Shown here in pieces: positions 9,977-19,517 of a DNA stretch of 64,000 nucleotides. The notes beneath the pieces were generated by a model, which did not search any database, was not told the DNA's origin, and worked only from the letters and a program-made list of their open reading frames with translations. How positions within the stretch are numbered: the first letter of the stretch is position 1; the number at the start of each line of letters is the position of its first letter. The DNA is from an uncultured bacterium (lineage in GTDB: Bacteria > Zixibacteria > MSB-5A5 > GN15 > FEB-12): NCBI GenBank assembly GCA_965372795.1, contig CBDVDR010000002.1:248256-312255 (forward strand), read 5' to 3'. The translations under genes and the position numbers were made by a program.

Positions 9977-11557
9977 ATGGAATCACAGATACTGACATTA
10001 GTGACATTTTTCCCGCTCCTTGGGTGCCTTCTTTTATTACTGGTACCTAACGAACGGCATGATACAATTAAATCGGTTAGTCTCATAATTGCATTTATTA
10101 CAATGCTATTTTCATTCATGTTATATGTCATGTTTGAACCGCTTGCTAATGGGATGCAGTTTGAAGTAAATATTCCCTGGATAACAACATTCGGAATTAA
10201 TTATCATATGGGGATTGATGGAATCTCCTTACTGTTGATAGTCCTGACTTCAATTCTAACGGTGTTGTGTATCCTTGCTTCCTGGAATTCAATCACATCC
10301 GGTGTTAAGGGTTACTATATTTCAATGCTTCTTTTAACAACCGGGATGATCGGTGTTTTTTGTACTTTGGATCTGTTCCTGTTCTATATCTTCTGGGAAG
10401 TGATGCTGATCCCGATGTATTTCATTATTGGAATCTGGGGTGGTGTCAGAAGAATTTATGCTGCAATAAAATTTGTTTTGTTCACCATGTTTGGATCGCT
10501 ACTGATGCTTGTGGCGATTATATATGTTCTATTTGAATACCAAAAATATGCCGGTGCCTATACATTTGACATGCTAAAAATTATTGAGATGCCTATCGGC
10601 TCTCAGGCTCAAATGTGGTTGTTCGGAGCTTTTGCCTTAGCCTTCGCAATCAAAGTTCCACTATTCCCATTCCATACCTGGCTTCCGGATGCTCACGTTC
10701 AGGCTCCAACTGCAGGTTCGGTAATTCTTGCCGGGGTTCTGCTTAAGATGGGTACTTATGGATTTATCCGAATCTGTATGCCAATGTTCCCGGAAGCGAC
10801 AATGGTCTATCTGCCATATATCAGTGTCCTTTCTGTAATAGCAATAATTTACGGGGCTTTGGTCGCCATGGTTCAGAAGGATGTTAAATCGTTAGTTGCC
10901 TTCTCATCGGTTTCACATATGGGCTTTGTGATGCTTGGTCTGTTTGCCTTAAACTTACAGGGACTTCAAGGTTCAGTTTTGCAGATGATTAACCACGGTG
11001 TTTCAACGGGTGCCTTATTCTTATTGGTTGGCATGATCTATGAGCGTAGGCATACGCGGATGATTGATGAGTTTGGCGGACTTGCTAAAGTTATGCCGGT
11101 ATTCTCAACGATTTTCCTGATTGTCACCTTGTCATCCATCGGACTGCCGTTAACCAACGGTTTTGTCGGTGAGTTTTTGATTTTACTGGGTGTCTTTAAA
11201 TCAAATATGGTTTATGCTATTATAGCAACGAGCGGTGTTATTTTATCAGCTTGTTATATGCTTTGGATGTATCAGCGGGTTATTTTTGGAAAGATTACCA
11301 ATAAAGCCAATGAAGTATTAAAAGATCTCAATTGGCGTGAAAAAATTATTATGATTCCGTTGTTAATCTTAATTTTTTGGATCGGCGTTTATCCAAAACC
11401 GCTTTTGGATCGGATTGAACCGGCAGTTAAAAATGTGTTACAACAAATGGGATCAGCACGTACTGTAGATGTAAAAGATACCTTAGAATATAAAGATAGA
11501 TATTCCACCCGGGCAGAAGTTATACAATTGACTTATAGTGAAAGAGGTGTGAATTAA
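9977..11557 (+). CDS. nuoM: NADH-quinone oxidoreductase subunit M
   Basis: IKVPLFPFHTWLPDAHVQAP and LLKMGTYG. Confidence 0.97.
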   Translation: MESQILTLVTFFPLLGCLLLLLVPNERHDTIKSVSLIIAFITMLFSFMLYVMFEPLANGMQFEVNIPWITTFGINYHMGIDGISLLLIVLTSILTVLCILASWNSITSGVKGYYISMLLLTTGMIGVFCTLDLFLFYIFWEVMLIPMYFIIGIWGGVRRIYAAIKFVLFTMFGSLLMLVAIIYVLFEYQKYAGAYTFDMLKIIEMPIGSQAQMWLFGAFALAFAIKVPLFPFHTWLPDAHVQAPTAGSVILAGVLLKMGTYGFIRICMPMFPEATMVYLPYISVLSVIAIIYGALVAMVQKDVKSLVAFSSVSHMGFVMLGLFALNLQGLQGSVLQMINHGVSTGALFLLVGMIYERRHTRMIDEFGGLAKVMPVFSTIFLIVTLSSIGLPLTNGFVGEFLILLGVFKSNMVYAIIATSGVILSACYMLWMYQRVIFGKITNKANEVLKDLNWREKIIMIPLLILIFWIGVYPKPLLDRIEPAVKNVLQQMGSARTVDVKDTLEYKDRYSTRAEVIQLTYSERGVN

Positions 11558-11778
11558 TGTCCACTGTAACTATTTATACAAAAGAAGGCTGCCCATATTG
11601 TGCGGCAGCGAAGAAGCACTACAATGATAGTGGTATCGATTTTAAAGAAATTGATGTCCATAAAACAGATGGTGCTCAGGAAGATTTATTAAAGTTGACC
11701 GGAGGAGAGAGAATCGTCCCGGTTATTGTGGAAAAGGACGAAGTCAAATTAGGCTTCGGTGGTGGTTGAGGCTTTTAA
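11557..11778 (+). CDS. Glutaredoxin-like protein, probable selenoprotein (UXX-star type, ends GFGGG-U-GF*)
   Basis: CPYC active site and VPVI cis-Pro motif; in-frame TGA at 11767-11769 followed by GGC TTT TAA and a SECIS-like hairpin; TAATG coupling to nuoM. Without recoding the ORF ends at 11769. Confidence 0.8.
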
Positions 11779-11783
11779 CCTAA

Positions 11784-11800
11784 GTGCAACGGGTTTGCAT
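11784..11800 (+). promoter_or_regulatory. Candidate bacterial SECIS element
   Basis: Stem GTGCAA/TTGCAT with loop CGGGT; the loop starts 21 nt after the UGA and has G at loop position 2. Confidence 0.65.
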
Positions 11801-11814
11801 ATGATGGATTTTTT

Positions 11815-13263
11815 ATGATAGATTTTACTTCAGCATCAATTGATTTTTCTTTGATAGGACCAGAGATTTCCCTGTTGGTAGCGGCTTTTATTATTTTGCT
11901 GATCGGTGTCAATGACCGCCTGGCAAAGTATTCCTCTACTATCGGACTTATCGGCTTAGCGGTTGCTATTTATCTTGGAATAAATCAATGGGGGCATCAA
12001 CAATCAGGATTCTTTGGAATGGTTACCTGCGATAATTTTGGGGTTGCTTTCAAAGTCATTCTGGCTTCCACCTCAATGCTGGTTGTGTTACTGGCTACTG
12101 ACTACCTTAAAATCAAAGGGATCAATCGTCCCGAGTTTTATGCTCTGTTGAATATTTCCACAATGGGAATGATGGTCATGGCTAACTCGACCGACCTGAT
12201 CGTTATGTTCCTCGGCTTGGAAATAATGTCTGTTCCGCTTTATGTTATGGCGGCATTCTCAAGAAGATCACTCGAATCAAACGAAGCAGGCATAAAATAT
12301 TTGATCATGGGAGCGTTTGCTTCTGCCTTTTTATTGCTGGGAATAGCCTTTCTTTTTGGGGCATCGGGAACGACCGATTTACGAAGAATTGTAACCGATT
12401 ACCACTATATTTTAGCAAATTATAAACTCTATTTTTATGCCGGAGTCTCTTTGGTTTTGGTCGGCTTTGGTTTTAAAATCGGTGTGGTTCCGTTCCATAG
12501 CTGGATTCCTGATGTATATCAAGGCGCCCCGACTCCGATAACAGCATTCTTTTCTGTGGTTCCCAAAGCTGCGGCGTTTGCAGTTATGTTAAGAATTTTC
12601 AGTTTCGGATTTGCCTTCCTGGATATTTTAACCCCGGTCTTCTGGGGTTTAGCAGTTATCACAATGGTTGTAGGTAACGTTCTTGCCTTAAGGCAGAGCA
12701 ATATAAAAAGGATGCTGGCTTATTCATCAATTGCTCATGCCGGTTATGTCCTGGTAGCGTTCACCGTAGGTGGCACTGAATCTGTTTCGGCAGCGATGTT
12801 CTATGTGGTTGGCTATTCGATGTTCAACCTTGGAGCCTTTGCAATTGTTACCCTAATGGAGACAAGGATCGGCTGTAAAGCTGATTTTAGTGAACTGGTT
12901 GGATTCGGCAAAAGTAATCCTTATCTTGCTGTTATCCTTGCTTTGTTTATGTTTGCTCTGTCAGGTTTTCCGCCGACAGTCGGATTCATTGGTAAATTCT
13001 ATATATTTTCTGCTGCTATTAAACAAGGATTCATCCTCTTATCAGTTATCGGTGTCATGAATTCTTTTATATCTGTTTATTATTATCTCAGGGTAATCAA
13101 GGTCAGCTTCTTTGAAGATGGTGAATCGTCACTTAAGCCGGTGACTGTCTCTGCGTCGATGATGGTGGTTTTGGTTGTTACTATTGTTGGAACTTTGGGG
13201 CTCGGCTTATTCCCACAGCGTTTAATTGAAATATCAAAAACTGCATTATTTGCTTTTATATAA
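11815..13263 (+). CDS. nuoN: NADH-quinone oxidoreductase subunit N
   Basis: GFKIGVVPFHSWIPDVYQGAP, KRMLAYSSIAHAGY and GFIGKF. Confidence 0.97.
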   Translation: MIDFTSASIDFSLIGPEISLLVAAFIILLIGVNDRLAKYSSTIGLIGLAVAIYLGINQWGHQQSGFFGMVTCDNFGVAFKVILASTSMLVVLLATDYLKIKGINRPEFYALLNISTMGMMVMANSTDLIVMFLGLEIMSVPLYVMAAFSRRSLESNEAGIKYLIMGAFASAFLLLGIAFLFGASGTTDLRRIVTDYHYILANYKLYFYAGVSLVLVGFGFKIGVVPFHSWIPDVYQGAPTPITAFFSVVPKAAAFAVMLRIFSFGFAFLDILTPVFWGLAVITMVVGNVLALRQSNIKRMLAYSSIAHAGYVLVAFTVGGTESVSAAMFYVVGYSMFNLGAFAIVTLMETRIGCKADFSELVGFGKSNPYLAVILALFMFALSGFPPTVGFIGKFYIFSAAIKQGFILLSVIGVMNSFISVYYYLRVIKVSFFEDGESSLKPVTVSASMMVVLVVTIVGTLGLGLFPQRLIEISKTALFAFI

Positions 13264-13268
13264 AAATT

Positions 13269-16001
13269 CTAATTAACATACCAGAAAGAACAGGGCTCAT
13301 CACCATTGTTAAACATATACTCGACAAAAAAGGTGATATCGGAAATGTCAATAAATTCAGAACAGTTGACATCGCCGGATTGATAAGGATCAGGTACCGG
13401 ACCGTTATCAAAAAGATAAGTTACCAATGATGTCAGATCAGATATTCCAATCTCTTCATCATCATTGAGATCACCCGATTGTACCCACATACCAAGCGTA
13501 CTGGTGAACTTAATAGAACTTTCATCACTGACGATATGTTCAGGTATGTCACCATTGTCAAAATAACTATATGCTTCGCAATCTATAGCTGATAGTCCAA
13601 TAAGTACCGATTGTTCAAGACTGCTGCTACCTATGTTTTGATATTGAAAAAGAATCCCTTTGTCTTTTGTTAATATTATTTCAAAATTCAGGGTCGAATC
13701 ACCGTACTGATTGAAATTAGTAGGGCGATACCATTCAATAACCATTGTATCCGATTTTTTCCAAATATAAAGTCCCGCATCGGCTACTAAATTTGTATCA
13801 AAAACAAGATCGCTCCAATACGCTGAAATAAATGAATTAAACGGCGCACCGGGAAGATCAAAGTTCCCGTAGTAGCCATTTGAATTGACATTTGCGTCTG
13901 TAAACGATATTCCGCCGTTGACACCGATGTAAACCTGTGTAAAAATTTGTCCATAGAATTCAAAATCAAAAGATGTTGTAATCGGACCGGCCGAGCCATC
14001 ATCCAGGGGATTTCCGCCGGATGAATTATAAAAGGTACTAAAGGGGATTTTAAATCCGTTATCTTTAGCAGACATCCAATTATAAGTTGGACCATCCGGT
14101 TCTGTTGATAATACTCCTCGATAAGTAGTATCGTAGCAGGGGACTTGTAAAAAAGTTAAAACTGAAAATTCAGAATCCAGATTTCCAACCTGCCCCCAGG
14201 CAATATCTATCGAGCCTTTGTAAGACTCAATACGGTCACCTAAAACAGAAGCGTCAAGGGTAACTTCGATTAGAAACGAATCAGCTTGATTGACAATTCC
14301 TGAGGTTGGGAACACTGTCAACCAATCAGGGGATACCGCTTTGTCAATTGAATCAAGGGCAGTGATAGCAAAATCATAAGGTAAAGAATTGGACCGGTTT
14401 TTTATCCAAAGATCAAATACGGCAGAATTGCCTTCATCTAACACGGTATCGATTACTAATATATCAGTATAAATTGAAGGAGGAGGAACAGCAGCCGGAA
14501 TAGCAGCCAGTAAATTTGGTCGCGGTCCAATATGCTTGGAGACATCTCCAAGCTGAGCTGTTCCGGTTGCCACAAGATAATCTCTGATTAAATCAGAAGT
14601 AAGCGGGACACCATAAGCCGCCTTGTAGTAGCCCTGTAAACAAGCGGCAGTACCGGTAATAATCGGCGAGGCAGAAGAAGTTCCGCCAAAACTGTTGGTA
14701 TAATATTGATTTTCATCACCACCACCGTCAAAAAGAGCACCATAGCCAGTGGTGTAAACTCCCGAGCCATAACCCTGAAGATTTACCCGTTCACCATAAT
14801 TTGAAAAACCATGTTTTTGTAAATTTGACGATGAAGCTGCCGGGTATCCGGCACCTACGATAATTGCATGTGAGTTGCGATAGGTGGTATCGAACAGATC
14901 ACCATAGAGGGCGGGGTCATCATAATTTTCACCGCCATTGCCACCTGCTTCAATTACAACAATACCGTGTGCCCAGGCATAAAGAATCGCATCATAATTT
15001 GCCTGCCAGTATTCCATGCAGACATATCCAAGCTGATCACTTCTGGTTTGGAAATTATAATGAGGTCCCGGGGCATGAAGCTCGATTAAAATTAAATCAC
15101 CCTGAACCAAATTTTCTGTAGCTGTAATAAGGGCTTCAGAAGTAGCCATAGTCCCGATAGAAATCATCCCTATATCTGAGCCGGGACAAATTCCAGTGAC
15201 GCCATAGCCATTATCTCCGGCAATCATTACTCCAATAACTGCAGTCCCATGATTGCGCCAACTGGGATCGTTAATCATCGTTCCTGCAATCAATCCGTTG
15301 GCTGCTTTGTCAAGGTCTTCATGAGTCGTCTGCCAACCACCTTCAATATCTATAATTTTAACGCCTGTGCCGTCGCCTCCCGGTAAAGTATTGGCATAAT
15401 CAGCATCAACTCCAGCCGGAGCGGCTTCACGATAATCCTGATTTGGTTGATAATCCGGGGTCGTGGGTGAAATATCATCAGCCAGCTCTGGCATCGGTTC
15501 AAAATAAGCAATTTCAACGTACTCAAGAGCGTTCAAATCATTAATCAAATTTTCCGCTTCCAAAGCATTTGAAATTTCAATTTTATAATAGCTATTTAAA
15601 TCAGCCAGTTGCTGGCGGCTTCGTGCTTCAAGAACTTCTTTCTTACGATCCAGTTTTTCTTCGGAGAAACCGGTAAAGAGTCTTCTGAAACTTGAATTAT
15701 AATGGAATCTCAATTTCTCATCAGCCTGATTTACATTAAAACCTGCTTTTGAGATTAATTTATCAGCTCGTTTTCGAACCTTGTAATCATCTTTGAATTT
15801 AACAATAACTCCGGAAATATTTGTCCCGGAAGGTACGATAGTTTTGTTTGGTTTAATTGCAGCTTGTCGCGGTTTGAGAACTTTTCCATTTTTGATCAGA
15901 TCTGTTTTTTTAGCAGAATCAACAGTGAGGGGTAAGATAAAAAGAACAGTAAAAATGCCAATAAGAGTAAAAATTTTCCAATTTTTAAGACGAGGCGTCA
16001 T
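13269..16001 (-). CDS. Secreted S8 (subtilisin-like) serine peptidase with C-terminal dockerin-like domain
   Basis: Signal peptide; IIDIE, NHGTAV and GGTSSASP catalytic motifs; C-terminal GDLNDDEEIGISDLTSLVTYLF...GDVNC; GGAGG RBS supports ATG at 16001 rather than 16058. Confidence 0.88.
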   Translation of the reverse strand: MTPRLKNWKIFTLIGIFTVLFILPLTVDSAKKTDLIKNGKVLKPRQAAIKPNKTIVPSGTNISGVIVKFKDDYKVRKRADKLISKAGFNVNQADEKLRFHYNSSFRRLFTGFSEEKLDRKKEVLEARSRQQLADLNSYYKIEISNALEAENLINDLNALEYVEIAYFEPMPELADDISPTTPDYQPNQDYREAAPAGVDADYANTLPGGDGTGVKIIDIEGGWQTTHEDLDKAANGLIAGTMINDPSWRNHGTAVIGVMIAGDNGYGVTGICPGSDIGMISIGTMATSEALITATENLVQGDLILIELHAPGPHYNFQTRSDQLGYVCMEYWQANYDAILYAWAHGIVVIEAGGNGGENYDDPALYGDLFDTTYRNSHAIIVGAGYPAASSSNLQKHGFSNYGERVNLQGYGSGVYTTGYGALFDGGGDENQYYTNSFGGTSSASPIITGTAACLQGYYKAAYGVPLTSDLIRDYLVATGTAQLGDVSKHIGPRPNLLAAIPAAVPPPSIYTDILVIDTVLDEGNSAVFDLWIKNRSNSLPYDFAITALDSIDKAVSPDWLTVFPTSGIVNQADSFLIEVTLDASVLGDRIESYKGSIDIAWGQVGNLDSEFSVLTFLQVPCYDTTYRGVLSTEPDGPTYNWMSAKDNGFKIPFSTFYNSSGGNPLDDGSAGPITTSFDFEFYGQIFTQVYIGVNGGISFTDANVNSNGYYGNFDLPGAPFNSFISAYWSDLVFDTNLVADAGLYIWKKSDTMVIEWYRPTNFNQYGDSTLNFEIILTKDKGILFQYQNIGSSSLEQSVLIGLSAIDCEAYSYFDNGDIPEHIVSDESSIKFTSTLGMWVQSGDLNDDEEIGISDLTSLVTYLFDNGPVPDPYQSGDVNCSEFIDISDITFFVEYMFNNGDEPCSFWYVN

Positions 16002-16148
16002 TATTCCTCCATGCTTGTTTACGTCTAATTTTCTAACAGCAGTAAATGATTGGATCAAATAGTTCGTACGATCCCAATATAGCTACAATCTCATGTTTGT
16101 CAATTAGTTACTATTATGACTATCGGCAAGATGAGTAGAGGAATGTAC

Positions 16149-17549
16149 TTAAATTTTAGATAAGCGGTTTTTACCATTAATCTTAGGAATTTTTAATGGA
16201 TATTTACCTGAAAAACAACTGGTACAAAACGATGTATTTGGCAGCGATGGCATTGAAACCATTCCTTCAATCGAGAGATAACGGAGAGAATCCACTTTTA
16301 AATATTTCTCAATCTTTTCAACTGAAGTATTTGCAGCAATCAACTCTTCCCGAGTCGGCATATCTACTCCAAAGAAACAGGGCGAGATAATCGGTGGTGA
16401 TGATATTCTGAAATGAATCTCTTTAGCACCTGCTTCCCGAATTAATTTAACCAGTTTTTTGGCTGTTGTTCCACGGACAATGGAGTCATCAACTACAATA
16501 ACTCGGCGACCTTCAAGGACACCTTTTACGGGATTAAATTTAACTTTTACATCTAAATCCCTGATTTTTTGATTAGGGTCGATAAAGGTTCTGCCCACAT
16601 AATGATTGCGGATTAAGCCGATTTCAAATCGGATACCCGACTCTTCAGAATAACCCAAAGTGGCAGTATTGGCTGAATCTGGAATACCGATTACAATATC
16701 AGCATCGACCGGATGTTCTTTGGCAAGTAATCGACCAAGGCGACGACGCACTTTATCGACATTCTCACCAAACACTTTTGAGTCTGGTCTGGCAAAATAA
16801 ATATATTCGAAAATACAAGACTGGAGTTTCGTTTTTTTCATTGGAAAATATGATTTCAGCCCCTTATCAGAGATTTCTAAAACTTCACCGGGTTCTACAT
16901 CTCTAACATACTTTGCACCGATAATATCAAAGGCACAAGTCTCTGAAGCTACAATCCAGGAATTTCTAAATTTACCAAGTGCAAGAGGTCGGAAGCCATA
17001 GGAATCACGAGCTGCTATAATTGAATTGTCAGTTAGAAATAGAAAAGAGAAGGCACCCTTTAAGTTTGAGAGAGTTGAGCAAATCTGTTCAATTCTATTC
17101 TTCCTTCGCGATTGGGCAATAAGGTGGAGGACTATCTCGGTATCGGAAGTAGTTTGAAATATAGCGCCTTTTGCATCAAGTTTGATTCTTAATTCGTGTG
17201 AATTAGTCAGGTTTCCATTATGACAGATGGCCAATGGTTTTGAGCGATTTGTTATAATGAAGGGCTGAATATTTATAAGCGAAGATGCTCCGGTGGTGCT
17301 GTAGCGAGTATGGCCGATGGAGTTTCTTCCGGTTAATTTTTTTATCTTTTGGGGGTCGGAAAAAACCTGAGGGACTTCACCCATTCCTTTATGTAGTTTA
17401 AATAAACCATTGTCGGATGTAACGATACCGGCGGATTCATGTCCTCGATGTTGGAGTGAGTATAGTCCAAAATAAGTTAATTCAGCTGCTTTGGTGTGAT
17501 TGAAAATTCCAACAACGCCACATTCATCATTGATAATTGGCTCTAACAT
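16149..17549 (-). CDS. purF: Amidophosphoribosyltransferase (propeptide / Fe-S type)
   Basis: DE-CG propeptide junction, QHRG, GHTRYST, VVDDSIVRGTT and Fe-S cysteines (CIFEYIY, PCFFG, CTSC). Confidence 0.97.
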   Translation of the reverse strand: MLEPIINDECGVVGIFNHTKAAELTYFGLYSLQHRGHESAGIVTSDNGLFKLHKGMGEVPQVFSDPQKIKKLTGRNSIGHTRYSTTGASSLINIQPFIITNRSKPLAICHNGNLTNSHELRIKLDAKGAIFQTTSDTEIVLHLIAQSRRKNRIEQICSTLSNLKGAFSFLFLTDNSIIAARDSYGFRPLALGKFRNSWIVASETCAFDIIGAKYVRDVEPGEVLEISDKGLKSYFPMKKTKLQSCIFEYIYFARPDSKVFGENVDKVRRRLGRLLAKEHPVDADIVIGIPDSANTATLGYSEESGIRFEIGLIRNHYVGRTFIDPNQKIRDLDVKVKFNPVKGVLEGRRVIVVDDSIVRGTTAKKLVKLIREAGAKEIHFRISSPPIISPCFFGVDMPTREELIAANTSVEKIEKYLKVDSLRYLSIEGMVSMPSLPNTSFCTSCFSGKYPLKIPKINGKNRLSKI

Positions 17550-17816
17550 TGTTCTAAGTCGCCTCCTTGTATCTTAGAAAAAACTCAATCTATGCCTCTT
17601 GGTGTTAAATGTCAATTGCTTTATGAATGGCTTTTTTGCAAAATAATATGCAGAGAGTTGCATTAACAGTTATTTGAAAAATGTTGTTCAAAAAATGAAC
17701 AGAGAAAAGACTGGAATAAAGCCTGTTTATTCGCTATTTTAGGGATGCATCTCAAAATTTACTGCAGAAGAATGGATTCTTCCCAAAGGGCATTGCATTT
17801 GCTCAAAGAGAGATTG

Positions 17817-18593
17817 ATGAGTACTGAAAACCAAAAATTTAACCGCTTTGAAATATTGAGCCATCTTGCCATTGATGGGGCTCAAGGCAAGGATATCAAA
17901 GAGATTGCCGATATGGCTCTTGCCTGGGCATCTGACTATGTGGGATTAACTGCTGCCTCATTATATCTCTGGGATGATAAATCCGAAGTTACAATGTCAG
18001 TCGAATTTTCAAATTCTGATTCTTCAAGGAAATATCTCAATGAGCTTGAAGAAGACTTGTTTCGGAAGCTTCGAAAAGAGGTTTCTCTGTCTTCAGCGTA
18101 TATGAGTTTTGATGGGGATCCGGAATATCATTCTTTTACTCTTCCTTTAAAATATGGAAATAAAAAATTTGGAGCCATTATTGGTTTGCAGGAAGGTAAA
18201 CGAACTTTATTAATTGAGGAACTTTTTCTGGAGTCGATGACTGCAATTATCGGTTTAAGTTACGCTATTCAAGTCGTTGATGCAAAGGCTGATACGCATA
18301 AGTCGGAAATTAACAGAGAGAGAACTCAGGCAATTATAGAGACGGCAATTACTATCAATCATGAGATCAATAATCCATTAACTGCGATTCTTGGAAATAT
18401 TCAACTGCTTTTAATGGATGAAGATAAGCTTTCTAAAGAGCTAAAAGGGAAACTTGAGATTGTCGAAGAATCGGCTCTTAAAATAAAAGATGTTGTTCAG
18501 AAGTTATTAAAGCTTACCAGCCCCAGATCAGTAGAGTATGCTAACGGCACAAATATGATTGATCTTAATGGTGATGAAGACAGCGATAAGTAG
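17817..18593 (+). CDS. GAF-like plus HisKA (DHp) protein lacking an HATPase domain
   Basis: INHEINNPLTAILG H-box near the C-terminus; the protein ends without N/G1/F/G2 boxes; start uncertain (ORF opens at 17745). Confidence 0.75.
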   Translation: MSTENQKFNRFEILSHLAIDGAQGKDIKEIADMALAWASDYVGLTAASLYLWDDKSEVTMSVEFSNSDSSRKYLNELEEDLFRKLRKEVSLSSAYMSFDGDPEYHSFTLPLKYGNKKFGAIIGLQEGKRTLLIEELFLESMTAIIGLSYAIQVVDAKADTHKSEINRERTQAIIETAITINHEINNPLTAILGNIQLLLMDEDKLSKELKGKLEIVEESALKIKDVVQKLLKLTSPRSVEYANGTNMIDLNGDEDSDK

Positions 18594-18597
18594 CTGT

Positions 18598-19374
18598 TTA
18601 TTGATTCAAATACAACCAATCCAATAGAATTTTCATTGCATCGGTACTGTTATTTATTATCGTCGTACCGTGATCTTTGCCGTCGAAAATTTCTAATCCG
18701 ATTCTTTTCTTGTCTAAAGAACTTAACTTTCGAGATGATTCAGCTGAATAGCTGTCATCTTCTGCTGAGAAAATAAGAACTTTTCCCGTAAATTCAGCCA
18801 ATGATTTTTGAGGAATCAATCCTCGATAATTTTCACCGGGGGAGAGCATGACAACTTTTTTAGTTCCGGGGATTATCGCACCCGCCATAACTGAAGAGTT
18901 GGCTCCAATCGAGGCGTCGATTATTATAATATTGGCTTGGTCAATATTGTAAGTAGTGTCTGATAGAAAATTGGTGACGACCTCTTTAATATCATCAGGG
19001 ATTAGTACGAAATCATCTTCGCTCATATTTTTAAAACTAAAGGTTTTATCTCCGGCTTTTGTTGATTTTCCATGTCCTCTCAAATCAAGGGAGAGGATAT
19101 ATGGCACAGGTTTATTTTCCAATTTATTCCGTTTATAAAGGGCATTCACAAATGGATCATAGCTTTCGTGGGTATGTCCCATCATTGGCAATAGAACATA
19201 TAAGGGGGCTTTTAAATTTTTGGAATCCGATGACACCCAGCCGAAAATCTCAAGACCATCGGGAAGTTTATAACTAATTTCTTCGGTTTGATATTGTTCG
19301 ATTATCGAGGCATTTACAATAAGAATTCCTATCAATAACAGAAATATTATAAATACAGATACAACTTTGTACAT
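18598..19374 (-). CDS. Exported alpha/beta hydrolase
   Basis: Signal or anchor helix; DLRGHG, ASIG nucleophile elbow, EDD and DHGT. Confidence 0.85.
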   Translation of the reverse strand: MYKVVSVFIIFLLLIGILIVNASIIEQYQTEEISYKLPDGLEIFGWVSSDSKNLKAPLYVLLPMMGHTHESYDPFVNALYKRNKLENKPVPYILSLDLRGHGKSTKAGDKTFSFKNMSEDDFVLIPDDIKEVVTNFLSDTTYNIDQANIIIIDASIGANSSVMAGAIIPGTKKVVMLSPGENYRGLIPQKSLAEFTGKVLIFSAEDDSYSAESSRKLSSLDKKRIGLEIFDGKDHGTTIINNSTDAMKILLDWLYLNQ

Positions 19375-19467
19375 CTAACCAAACCCTCAAAGTTACAAGA
19401 TTCAACCGAAGAATACTTTAGGTTAAAAGCGTAATCAACAAAAACAGGGTAGAGAACATGTAGAAAT

Positions 19468-19498
19468 AAAAAAAAGCAGTCACACTGTGACTGCTTTT
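19468..19498. terminator. Intrinsic terminator downstream of the 19518-20243 gene
   Basis: AAAAGCAGTCAC-ACT-GTGACTGCTTTT perfect hairpin with A/T tracts on both sides. Confidence 0.85.
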
Positions 19499-19517
19499 GA
19501 CAATTTTGGAATTAAAA

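Noticed and set aside
11801..11818. Five-codon ORF (MMDFL*) overlapping the nuoN ATG
   Set aside because: Too short, no RBS outside the hairpin, and easily due to chance
17628..17640. TGGC...TTGCA sigma54-like motif
   Set aside because: GG to GC spacing is too short for a -24/-12 promoter
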